Assembly: GCA_964637955.1 (NCBI GenBank)
Contig: CAZWXQ010000004.1
Coordinates: 81,296-145,295, forward strand
Length of the DNA stretch: 64,000 nucleotides
Direction: 5' to 3'
Source of the DNA: an uncultured Gammaproteobacteria bacterium
GTDB lineage: Bacteria; Patescibacteriota; Microgenomatia; Levybacterales; UBA12049
The notes beneath the pieces were generated by a model, which saw only the letters and a program-made list of their open reading frames with translations, was not told the origin of the DNA and made no database searches. Shown piece by piece: positions 27,014 to 35,801 of this stretch. Position 1 is the stretch's first letter; each line of letters starts with the position of its first letter. The position numbers were made by a program, and so were the translations under genes.

Positions 27014-27394
27014 TTGATGAGCAACATTAAATCACATAAAGACCTAATTGTATGGCAAAAAAGCATACTTCTCGTAAAAGAGATCTTTATTTTAACTGAT
27101 TCTTTTCCTCAATCTGAAAAATTTGGTATCACAAATCAGATGAGAAGGGCTGCAGTTTCTATTCCTTCAAATATTGCTGAGGGCTATGGAAGGAAATCAA
27201 CTAAAAGCTTTAATCAGTTTTGCTCTATAGCATATGGTTCAGCCTTAGAATTAGAAACTCAAATGATAATTTCTAAAGAACTTGAACTTGGTACAAATAA
27301 TTCTTTTACACTTTCAGAAGATTTATTGCTAGAAGTATTAAAGATGCTTAATAAATTAACAGGAAGTTTTAAAAGTATAACTACTAGTATCTAA
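27014..27394 (+). CDS. four-helix-bundle protein (23S rRNA IVS protein family)
   Basis: HKDLIVWQKSILLVKEIFILTDSFPQSEKFGITNQMRRAAVSIPSNIAEGYGR. Flanked by near-identical 12-13-bp direct repeats TCTAGTTAYTAGT (26982-26994 and 27398-27410). Confidence 0.75.
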   Translation: MMSNIKSHKDLIVWQKSILLVKEIFILTDSFPQSEKFGITNQMRRAAVSIPSNIAEGYGRKSTKSFNQFCSIAYGSALELETQMIISKELELGTNNSFTLSEDLLLEVLKMLNKLTGSFKSITTSI

Positions 27395-27419
27395 AATCTA
27401 GTTACTAGTTACTAATTTT

Positions 27420-28766
27420 ATGGACAATCATCCAATTCCACAAGACATTACAGGATTTCAATTTAAATTAATCGGAAACATGACGGTAAAGCAATTTGTG
27501 TACTTGGCTATTGGCGCAGTTTTAGCCTGGCTTTTCTTTTTCATCATAGATTTCCCCACGATTATTAAATGGCCGCTATCTATTCTCGCAATTACTACTG
27601 GAGCCATTTTCGCATTTGTACCCATAGATGGAAGGCCAATGGATCTTATGCTTACCAATTTTATAAGAGCACTTATCTCACCTACGGAGTTTATCTATGA
27701 AAAAGAAGGAATGAAAATGGAAAACCAAAACATGCCACAGTCTCAGCCATTAAATCTCCCAAGAGTTCATATCGCAATGCCTCAACCAACCGCAAGCGTA
27801 TCTGGTTTTAATCAAGCCTCAATCAATCCAGCTCAATCTGCAATTCCCCAGCCTACCCCTCTTCCAACCCAGCCTCAACTCACAACTCCTGCGACTTCAT
27901 TTCAGCCACCAGTCACAACGCAGCCAATCCCAGCTCTTGCTCAAAGTCCAGCTCCTACTCCTGTTCTAAATATGCAACCTCAAGCACCTGCTCCAATTCC
28001 AATGCCAAGCCCTGCTCCCATTATTCCACATATGACTATTCAAGAAATCGATGAGCCAGAGGACTCAAAGAATCATCACAAAGAACTCAATAGTCTCAAG
28101 GAGGAAAACCAAAAACTTGAGGATGAGCTTGCAAAATTAAAGCTACAATTTGAAGAGGCTCTAAAAGCAAAAGATGAAGCTGCAAAGGTCGAACCACAAG
28201 CTCCTGCGCCTGCGCCTTTAATCATGCCTACTCCTGTTCCACAGCCCACGCCTGACCAAAAAGAGCTAGAAAAACAGCTTATTGAAGCAAACAGAGAAAG
28301 AGAAGCTCTTCAACGACAAATTCTGACACAACAAGCAAAGGCTCAAGCTCCAACTCAAGGAGTTGCTCCACAGGTCGCCACCCCGCCTCCTGTCCAAGCC
28401 ACGCAGCGAGTAAGAAGTATTCCTACCGGGATGGAGAAAGCTGCTGGAATACCAAGTATACCTGAAGCGCCAAACCTCATAACTGGAATTGTTAAAGACC
28501 CGAGAGGAAATCCATTGCAAAACATTTTAATTGAAGTAAAAGATCAGGACGCGAATCCCGTTAGAGCATTTAAAACAAACGGGCTTGGAAAATTTGCATC
28601 AGCCACTTCTCTTTCGAACGGAAAATACCTAATAACTTTTGAGGATGCAAAGGAAGTAAATAAATTTGACGCTGTAGAAATCGAACTCACAGGAGTCCCA
28701 GTCATGCCGCTTGAAATAATATCAGTTGATCCTAGAGAAGAACTGCGAAGGGAGCTTTTTAAATAA
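27420..28766 (+). CDS. PrgI-family (VirB3-like) T4SS membrane protein with long Pro/Gln-rich and coiled-coil C-terminal extension
   Basis: N-terminal QDITGFQFKLIGNMTVKQFVYLAIGAVLAWLFFFII...PIDGRPMDLMLTNFIRAL matches the PrgI/VirB3-like two-TM pattern. About 350 extra residues are rich in P/Q/A with a coiled-coil stretch (LKEENQKLEDELAKLKLQFEE). Confidence 0.55.
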   Translation: MDNHPIPQDITGFQFKLIGNMTVKQFVYLAIGAVLAWLFFFIIDFPTIIKWPLSILAITTGAIFAFVPIDGRPMDLMLTNFIRALISPTEFIYEKEGMKMENQNMPQSQPLNLPRVHIAMPQPTASVSGFNQASINPAQSAIPQPTPLPTQPQLTTPATSFQPPVTTQPIPALAQSPAPTPVLNMQPQAPAPIPMPSPAPIIPHMTIQEIDEPEDSKNHHKELNSLKEENQKLEDELAKLKLQFEEALKAKDEAAKVEPQAPAPAPLIMPTPVPQPTPDQKELEKQLIEANREREALQRQILTQQAKAQAPTQGVAPQVATPPPVQATQRVRSIPTGMEKAAGIPSIPEAPNLITGIVKDPRGNPLQNILIEVKDQDANPVRAFKTNGLGKFASATSLSNGKYLITFEDAKEVNKFDAVEIELTGVPVMPLEIISVDPREELRRELFK

Positions 28767-28803
28767 TTTTCAATTTGAAATTTTAAATTTAAAATCAAAA
28801 AAA

Positions 28804-28959
28804 ATGAACAAAACAAATAAAAATAATTACGACCTAGAAGAAAGAACTACTGTTTTTACAGTAGTAACAAAGAGGCTTAGAAATGACTATAAAGTGCTTT
28901 GGCAACAGGTTCAAAAGCTAACCTTAGTTTTTTCCAAGATAGCTGTAGATATTAAATGA
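28804..28959 (+). pseudogene. internally deleted four-helix-bundle gene remnant
   Basis: Encodes N-terminal NYDLEERTTVF joined directly to C-terminal LWQQVQKLTLVFSKIAVDIK. Compare the 20720 copy YDLEERTTLF...LLWKEAQELTLIFSKIAVNTK. The middle roughly 60 codons are missing. Confidence 0.5.
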
Positions 28960-28982
28960 AAATTAAAAATTATATATAAATT

Positions 28983-29630
28983 ATGAGAAAAACTGTCCAA
29001 AAAACAAGCCCAACAACTCAACATTTCACTGGTATTGAAGACATTGTTGAAAATATTGTAATTCTCCCAGGCAAGCAGGCTGCCCAAATCATAGAAGTAG
29101 TTGCGACCAATTTTTCACTTCAATCCGCAGACGAGCAGCAGGTAAAAATTCTGTCTTACGCTTCTCTTCTTAATTCACTCTCATTCCCAATCCAGATCGT
29201 AATAATAAGTCGCAAGCTTGATATTTCTTCATATTTAGCACTTTTAGACAATCAGGCAAGAGTCATAAAAAATCCAAAGCTCTCAGAGCATATTGGCCAT
29301 TATAAAGACTTCATCTCAGATCTTGTTAAGAATAACGATGTTTTAGATAAGAAGTTTTATGTAGCAATTTTATACTCCTTCCTTGAAAAAGGTCCGGGAA
29401 TGCCCACGCAGACCAAAGATAAAAATGCTTTTGCGGCTGAAGCCAAAAACATTCTCGATTCCAAATCCCTTTCTATAGTTCAAGAGCTTGCCAGAGTTGG
29501 ACTTAAATCAAATGTTCTTGGAAAAAAAGAATTAATCAGAGTTTTTTATGAGCTGTTTAACCAAGAAAAACCAGACGAAAGAATTCTTGAAAACATCCAT
29601 GAAACTCACGTTCAGGGAGGAAAAAGATGA
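28983..29630 (+). CDS. VirB4-family ATPase, N-terminal domain encoded as a separate ORF
   Basis: HFTGIEDIVENIVILPGKQAAQIIEVVATNFSLQSADEQQ..ILSYASLLNSLSFPIQIVIISRKLDIS resembles the N-terminal region of VirB4/TraC/PrgJ-type proteins. Stop overlaps the next start (ATGA). Confidence 0.55.
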   Translation: MRKTVQKTSPTTQHFTGIEDIVENIVILPGKQAAQIIEVVATNFSLQSADEQQVKILSYASLLNSLSFPIQIVIISRKLDISSYLALLDNQARVIKNPKLSEHIGHYKDFISDLVKNNDVLDKKFYVAILYSFLEKGPGMPTQTKDKNAFAAEAKNILDSKSLSIVQELARVGLKSNVLGKKELIRVFYELFNQEKPDERILENIHETHVQGGKR

Positions 29631-31879
29631 ACCTACTTAAAAAAAATAAAAATCAGGATCAAAACATAGGCGTTCATAAGGTACCACAGTCGAGCTGGGA
29701 TCCAACGCCAAACCCTAATTCACATCCAAATCAAAAATTTGAGAGAGGAATGAATTCAGTAACTGACATTATCGCTCCTTCTTCTGTTGAAGTTGATTTT
29801 GGCCACATACGAGTCGGAGACAAATTTCATAGAACATATTTCGTGGTTGGATATCCCAGATTTGTTTCGGCAAACTGGCTCGAGCCATTAATAGACTTTG
29901 ATGAATCTTTAAACATCTCAATGTTCGTTTATCCTGCTTCTTCAAGCGATGCCCTTGATGACATAAAAAGGAAAATTGCTGAAATGCAGGCAACGCTTGA
30001 ACAGCAAGAACAAGACCATAAAGTCCTTGATCCCCGTGTAAGCGCAGCTCTTGAAGATGCAATGGCTGTACAAGAAGAATTAGCAAAAGGAATTGAAAGA
30101 TTTTTTCAGTATAGTCTATATATCACGCTTGTTGCAGATGATGCTAAAGCAATCGCTGACGCAAGTAAGCGGTTAAAAACCCTGCTAGCCTCAATTTTAA
30201 TTATGGCCAAACCTGCCACTCTTCAAATGGAAGCTGGTTTTAAAGCATCAATTCCGCTTGCCCAAGACCAATTATATTTGAGTAGAAACATGGATACTAC
30301 TAGTCTTGCTTCTACATTTCCTTTCACTTCAGCAACGCTTACTCAAGACAAAGGCGTTATGTACGGCTTGAATCAGCTTAACGGCTCGTTAATAATTTTT
30401 GATAGGTATTCCCTTGAAAACGGCAATGAAGTAGTTTTTGGAAAATCAGGAGCCGGAAAATCATATTTAATTAAGCTTGAGATGATGAGACAATTCATGT
30501 TTGGAACTGAAGTAATCGTAATCGATCCTGAAGGAGAATATGGCTCAATCACAAACGCTCTGGGAGGAGAATATCTGGAATTTACTCCGGCTTCCCCAAT
30601 TAAAATCAATCCATTTGATTTAAGCGGAAGATATGAAGAAGGACAAAACGAACTAGGCCTGAAAATTCTTTCTCTCCATGCACTTTTAAGAATTGTCTTG
30701 GGAGAAATCGATGCACAACACGATGCTATTCTTGATCGGGCTCTTGTCGAAACATATAAGCTTCGTGGAATTACCACAGACCCAAGTACACAAAATAGAC
30801 AGCCTCCACTTATGGAAGACCTCTACAAGGTCCTACTTGGCATGGAGGATGAAGTTTCCCGCGATCTTGCCCTACGACTGGAGAGGTTTATAAAAGGCAG
30901 CATGGCAGGTATTTTTAATCAACAATCAAACTTTGACATTAAAAACCCTATGACTGTATTTTCAACAAGAGGCCTTGAAGATCAGCTCCGCCCTGTAGCT
31001 ATGCAGATAATTTTGGATTTTATCTGGACTAGAGTCAGAAAAGATTTGAGAAAGCGACTACTTATTCTTGATGAGGCATGGTATTTGATGAAATATCAGG
31101 ATTCAGCTTCATTTATTCACGGCATTGCGAAACGCGCTAGAAAATATTATCTTGCTTTAACTACTGCAACTCAAGATGTTCAGGATTTCCTTTCAACCGA
31201 TTATGGCAAGGCAATATTATCTAACTCCTCTATTCAAATGCTTTTAAAACAAAGCCCTACCGAAATCGATCTTGTTTCTCAAATCTTTTATCTTTCTGAG
31301 CAAGAAAAGCAACTTCTTCTATCAGCAAATGTGGGCGAGGGTCTTTTCTTTGCAGGCCAATCTCATGTGGCCATGAGAGTCGTTGCTGCTCCGTTTGAGC
31401 ATAATCTAATTACTTCAAACCCCGAAGAACTTTTAAAAAGACAGGAAAAAGATCGAATAATGAATTCAAATACTTTTGGTGCACCTCAAAATCTTGGAGA
31501 AGCAAAAAATGTTAGTGATCCTATGGATTCAGTTAATCAGAATCAAGCATCTCAAACTCCCGAACAGGCTGCTCCACAATTTATAACTTATCAAAACCAA
31601 CCAATGATAAGTAATGCTTCTCCTTTAATCGCTCAAAACCCAGGCCAGGCTGCTTCTCAACCTCAAGCAACACAACCAATTTCATCTATTCATCAACTTA
31701 CTGCTCAACAGCCGGTTTCGAACCTTCAATCAACGCCCTTACAAGCTCCTGCGCCTGCTCCTGAGCAATTCAATCCAAGCATGTTAGTTGAGCCAGGCGT
31801 TAATCCCCCACCTCCAATTCAATTTCCAACCCAAATAACGAATCAGCCAACAAACCAAAATGACCCAAATATTAAATAA
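29627..31879 (+). CDS. virB4: VirB4/TrbE-family T4SS ATPase (ATPase domain) with C-terminal Q/P-rich tail
   Basis: Walker A VVFGKSGAGKSYLIK, Walker B RLLILDEAWYLM. Conserved IAPSSVEVDFGHIRVGDKFHRTYFVVGYPRFV block. Last roughly 130 aa are low-complexity Q/P/N-rich. Confidence 0.8.
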   Translation: MNLLKKNKNQDQNIGVHKVPQSSWDPTPNPNSHPNQKFERGMNSVTDIIAPSSVEVDFGHIRVGDKFHRTYFVVGYPRFVSANWLEPLIDFDESLNISMFVYPASSSDALDDIKRKIAEMQATLEQQEQDHKVLDPRVSAALEDAMAVQEELAKGIERFFQYSLYITLVADDAKAIADASKRLKTLLASILIMAKPATLQMEAGFKASIPLAQDQLYLSRNMDTTSLASTFPFTSATLTQDKGVMYGLNQLNGSLIIFDRYSLENGNEVVFGKSGAGKSYLIKLEMMRQFMFGTEVIVIDPEGEYGSITNALGGEYLEFTPASPIKINPFDLSGRYEEGQNELGLKILSLHALLRIVLGEIDAQHDAILDRALVETYKLRGITTDPSTQNRQPPLMEDLYKVLLGMEDEVSRDLALRLERFIKGSMAGIFNQQSNFDIKNPMTVFSTRGLEDQLRPVAMQIILDFIWTRVRKDLRKRLLILDEAWYLMKYQDSASFIHGIAKRARKYYLALTTATQDVQDFLSTDYGKAILSNSSIQMLLKQSPTEIDLVSQIFYLSEQEKQLLLSANVGEGLFFAGQSHVAMRVVAAPFEHNLITSNPEELLKRQEKDRIMNSNTFGAPQNLGEAKNVSDPMDSVNQNQASQTPEQAAPQFITYQNQPMISNASPLIAQNPGQAASQPQATQPISSIHQLTAQQPVSNLQSTPLQAPAPAPEQFNPSMLVEPGVNPPPPIQFPTQITNQPTNQNDPNIK

Positions 31880-31893
31880 ACTAATTTACACTT

Positions 31894-34383
31894 ATGGACG
31901 ATAAAGATACGCTTTTAAGAGGCGCCAAAGCATTTGCCAGCAGATATACTCATCTCTCTGCAGAAGACCAAAGGACCGCACTATCAGCAAGACATCCGCG
32001 AGATTTGCAAAGAATCGCAGGAGACGGCGCAGAAGAATTATTTCAAAATCTTGAGGCCTTTAGACAATTAGAATCTGAGGGTTTTAATTTCACTCTTACA
32101 CAAGCTTCAGCGCAAAACAACAAGCCAAGTGCCGCTAGCAACAGAGCGAGTGGCGCCATTGCAGGTGCTGGCCTTGTGGCAGCAGCAGGGGCACAAAGCC
32201 TCATGGAAGATAAAAGCTATGAAGGATATAAAAAAAGTTTTAAAAAAATGGCAGAGGACGCTGGAAAGCAATGGGAAAAGGAAGAGGAAAGATTAAAAAA
32301 AGAGGAAGAAGAGTTTAGAAAAAAAGGTAAAACTCCACCAGAGCGCGATCCAAATAGGTTTACTTCGAAAGAAGAATATATGGATAGTCACTTGCGAACT
32401 TCTCATGACTACTTGGCGTCAACTGATCCTAAAAAGGCCAAGAAATGGGCACAGGAACATCCTGAAGATATGCATCTCTCTAGAGCAATAGATCGAATGG
32501 CTGTTTTTGATAAAAAGCTAACTTTTGAAGAGTTTAAACAAATAAGACAGAGGTATATAGAAAAAGCTGCCATAGCCGGCGCGACACCTGAGCAAACAAT
32601 TGAACTTCAAGCAAGAGCGGCAAGCGAAATGAACAATCTTTTAGTCAGTGCAAATCCCGAGCTAGCTAAAAAGGGAGCAACTTTACATGGAGATAGAGGA
32701 CTAACTACAGCTCATAACGCAAACAGACAGCGCCAAATTGATTATGCCAAGAAGAATCAAAGCAGAATCTCAAAGCTCTTAGGCAGAGATCCAATTAAAG
32801 AGTTCGGGGAAGAAATAAAGCTTTCTGAAGAAAGTGGTGCATCAGCAGCTCAGTCTCAACAATCCCCAAGCGCTCCACAAGTGGCTCAAGCGGCTGCTGT
32901 GGGAGCAGCGACTGCAAATTATAGCAATGGCGATGAATCCATGGAAGAAATGGAACCTGACGTTCCTCCTCCACCACCTCCAATGTCAACAAAACCAATG
33001 CCCAAAATGCCGCCCTATCCATCGGACACTAAGCCCACGCCCCCTCCACCATCGCCAACCAGAGGAAAACCGAGAAGAGGAATCTCTGCTGGTGCACTTC
33101 CAGGTGCTTCTGGAGCAAAAAAAGCGATGAAAGCAGCCGGATTTTTAGCCAAGCTTGCGGCAAATGATCCAAGGGCATGGGCTAAGCTAATTGGCGCATT
33201 TATAGGAGCTTTTTTAATAATTTTCTTATTTATGCTTGCATACATTTGGGTAAATGCATGCGAAATCGCTGGCCAATATCCTTGGGGGCAAGATCTACTT
33301 CAGGCATTAGCTAAAAGAGACTGTGCAAGCGACAATCCAAGCGGCGTCCCACCGCCCCCAGAAGGAGTTACGATTATCAAAGAGGCTGTTGATGAAAACG
33401 GAGATAAGATAGAAAGTATTGCAAACCGCAAGCCAATTACCTATGTAATAAAAGTTACATATAATCCCGATGAAGCTACTGTTCCGTTAAATGATCTTAT
33501 ACTCTTTGATCGTCCTGATTTTGATTTTGACTTAGTGTCAGCAACTGAACCATATACTCCCAGGACTGATGCAATCGGCCCAATAATAAGCTGGGGCCTC
33601 TCTGACCACAATTCAGATGGAGACAATAATTTCGAATTCAGATTAGTGGTACTGCCAAAACAAGAGGACTTTAAGGCAATTAATCGTGCTTTTTTTAACG
33701 AAGAGGCGGCACCCTCAGGAGATTTAATGGTAGGAGCAGATGCTGCACCTTCAGACAATACATGCGGTGGCAAATATAACACGAAAAATAATCTAAATTT
33801 CGGAGATCCTGTTTGTTCATATACTCCTGCCAAATTTTCTGCGTACATAAAAGAGGTTGACCCAAATGCGAATAATTGGGAGTTCTGGGAAGACATCAGT
33901 ATTTCTGAAGGCTCAAGTCCGAACATAGGAGGTAATATAAACTCTCTTGGAGGAGGTGGTTCAGGAACATTCCAGATGTATCCATCCGATACTATTGACA
34001 ACCATGGGCTAAATGGAAAATCCTGGCCTCCTCCATCTAATGTCTCAAATCCGCCCCACGGAGATGTGACTTGGCAAAGGCAAATTCAACAAGCTGTTGG
34101 CTGGAATAACTACTTAAGTCGGGTTAATAGAAAATTTGTGTATTGGGGAACAGCATATTGTCTTTGCTATTTTGATAGTTATAGAAATAGCCATAAAGGC
34201 TGGTGCAATGACATAATTAGACTAAAAGCAACAAGATGCCCATACCAATGCGACCCTAACAGCTGCAGTATCTACACTGATCGGCTAGCAAAAAAGAGGG
34301 GAAATGCAGTCAATTGCAGACAATATAGATGCAATATAGGAAAAACAGGAAGAGATGCCAACACCGATAAGCCATGGAACTGA
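31894..34383 (+). CDS. bitopic membrane protein: charged/Pro-rich cytoplasmic N-domain, single TM, extracellular domain ending in Cys-rich region (possible VirB8/VirB10-like scaffold)
   Basis: TM WAKLIGAFIGAFLIIFLFMLAYIWV. PPPPPPMSTKPMPKMPPYP proline tract. C-terminal 10+ Cys. Function unassigned. Confidence 0.5.
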   Translation: MDDKDTLLRGAKAFASRYTHLSAEDQRTALSARHPRDLQRIAGDGAEELFQNLEAFRQLESEGFNFTLTQASAQNNKPSAASNRASGAIAGAGLVAAAGAQSLMEDKSYEGYKKSFKKMAEDAGKQWEKEEERLKKEEEEFRKKGKTPPERDPNRFTSKEEYMDSHLRTSHDYLASTDPKKAKKWAQEHPEDMHLSRAIDRMAVFDKKLTFEEFKQIRQRYIEKAAIAGATPEQTIELQARAASEMNNLLVSANPELAKKGATLHGDRGLTTAHNANRQRQIDYAKKNQSRISKLLGRDPIKEFGEEIKLSEESGASAAQSQQSPSAPQVAQAAAVGAATANYSNGDESMEEMEPDVPPPPPPMSTKPMPKMPPYPSDTKPTPPPPSPTRGKPRRGISAGALPGASGAKKAMKAAGFLAKLAANDPRAWAKLIGAFIGAFLIIFLFMLAYIWVNACEIAGQYPWGQDLLQALAKRDCASDNPSGVPPPPEGVTIIKEAVDENGDKIESIANRKPITYVIKVTYNPDEATVPLNDLILFDRPDFDFDLVSATEPYTPRTDAIGPIISWGLSDHNSDGDNNFEFRLVVLPKQEDFKAINRAFFNEEAAPSGDLMVGADAAPSDNTCGGKYNTKNNLNFGDPVCSYTPAKFSAYIKEVDPNANNWEFWEDISISEGSSPNIGGNINSLGGGGSGTFQMYPSDTIDNHGLNGKSWPPPSNVSNPPHGDVTWQRQIQQAVGWNNYLSRVNRKFVYWGTAYCLCYFDSYRNSHKGWCNDIIRLKATRCPYQCDPNSCSIYTDRLAKKRGNAVNCRQYRCNIGKTGRDANTDKPWN

Positions 34384-34427
34384 TTTCCTAAGCTTGACTT
34401 AAATTTCAATGTTGCTACTATAAATTT

Positions 34428-35228
34428 ATGCCCAAGAATAAACTCCTCCTTATCTTATTTCTTTTAATATTTACTTTTTCATTTACTCGAAAAGCAAACG
34501 CAGAAATAAGTCAACAAATAGTAAATGTTATTGTTGGAAATTTTATAGATGATGGGGAAAGCGGGGTTGGAGGTGGACCACTTCCGTCATGTGGAGAAAT
34601 CGATCAAAAACTTAAAGAAGATTTTGGAGTCATAATTCAAGAAGGTGGAGGCGGATGGGAGAGCTCTGGAAACTCAGATGGAACAGAAAGAGTTAATTGT
34701 GATACGAGACAAAAAATCTACAGAGCCTATTCTATTCCGGGACGGTCGTCCAGCTGGATGCGGTTACTTAAGCCTAATATTACATTTCGAATAGAGTGCT
34801 ATAGAGACAGTAGCGATCCTGAAAGTTCAGCGGGGTTTGTTAACCAACGAAACAGAATGCAGTTTAAAAACTGTTCAAATATCTCAATTAGAGATTTCGA
34901 ACCTTATGCGTTTTTATTTCTCCACGAAACAGGACACATAATAAAACATAGAAATTATCGAGAAATTCAAGATGGGTTTCCAAGAACTGCACTTTATAAT
35001 TCTGATAGAAACTGTTTTGCGGCTGAAGAACCGGTAATTAAAACCTACAACAGACGAGATCTTACGGATTATTCTCTTACGAGCGAATCTAGCGCAGAAG
35101 CTATTGCCTTATATGTATATAATAAAAAGAGGGGGCGCTATGCAAGTATTTCAAATTTTAGAAATGAATGTCCTGAAATTTATAATTGGGCTAGAAATAA
35201 AGTATACGGAGGATATACTTTTAATTAA
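34428..35228 (+). CDS. secreted protein with HExxH zinc-metallopeptidase-like motif
   Basis: Signal peptide MPKNKLLLILFLLIFTFSFTRKANA. FLFLHETGHIIKH (HExxH). Confidence 0.45.
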   Translation: MPKNKLLLILFLLIFTFSFTRKANAEISQQIVNVIVGNFIDDGESGVGGGPLPSCGEIDQKLKEDFGVIIQEGGGGWESSGNSDGTERVNCDTRQKIYRAYSIPGRSSSWMRLLKPNITFRIECYRDSSDPESSAGFVNQRNRMQFKNCSNISIRDFEPYAFLFLHETGHIIKHRNYREIQDGFPRTALYNSDRNCFAAEEPVIKTYNRRDLTDYSLTSESSAEAIALYVYNKKRGRYASISNFRNECPEIYNWARNKVYGGYTFN

Positions 35229-35230
35229 AA

Positions 35231-35797
35231 ATGCAAAAGTTTAATTTATCAACCAAAACTCTTTTAATCATCTCTGTATTACTATTTATTGGTTTTAATC
35301 TGGCTGCGTTTATGGCTATATCTACTAATATTTTCAAAAGTGTTTTTAAAAGTTCATATAGTTTTCAACTTCTCCAACCCGGGATTTCAACATCTGAGGA
35401 CATTGAAAAAACATTAGGCAAACCGGAAGCTACAGAAAATATTAACGGTGAAACTAAGCTAATATACTCCACAAAATCATTAGACCATAAAGACACTATT
35501 GTCTTAGAAAACAATAAGCTTAAGTATTCCATTGAAAAAATTTTTGATTCTAGTATGGGTACACTCTCAAGCTATAAAGCTAAATATGGTAATCCCAATT
35601 TAGTTCTATTTGATCCCGAAGATGATGTACTTGTATGGAGTATTTTCCTAAATGCTGGAATAGGTATAGCTACATTTGATGGTAACGAAATAGCTAAAAT
35701 TCTATATTTCAAGCCCCAAGAATTAGACGAATTTATGATTAACGTTGCCTCGCCTATTGGGTTATCAAAAGAAAAAGTGATTCATTCCGACGAATAA
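35231..35797 (+). CDS. hypothetical membrane-anchored/secreted protein
   Basis: 188 aa, N-terminal TM/signal (LLIISVLLFIGFNLAAFMAI); last gene of the island before dnaN. Confidence 0.5.
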   Translation: MQKFNLSTKTLLIISVLLFIGFNLAAFMAISTNIFKSVFKSSYSFQLLQPGISTSEDIEKTLGKPEATENINGETKLIYSTKSLDHKDTIVLENNKLKYSIEKIFDSSMGTLSSYKAKYGNPNLVLFDPEDDVLVWSIFLNAGIGIATFDGNEIAKILYFKPQELDEFMINVASPIGLSKEKVIHSDE

Positions 35798-35801
35798 TAA
35801 A

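Noticed and set aside
28726-28803. N-terminal extension of the track ORF 28726..28959
   Set aside because: The four-helix-bundle homology begins at the internal ATG 28804; the upstream part is the AT-rich motif region.
29769-33245. Antisense/alternate-frame ORFs inside virB4 and the 829-aa gene (29769..30086, 30373..30777, 30693..30893, 32795..33022, 32834..33130, 33015..33245, 33441..34001)
   Set aside because: Embedded in long ORFs with clear motifs (Walker A/B) or consistent domain structure; no independent support.
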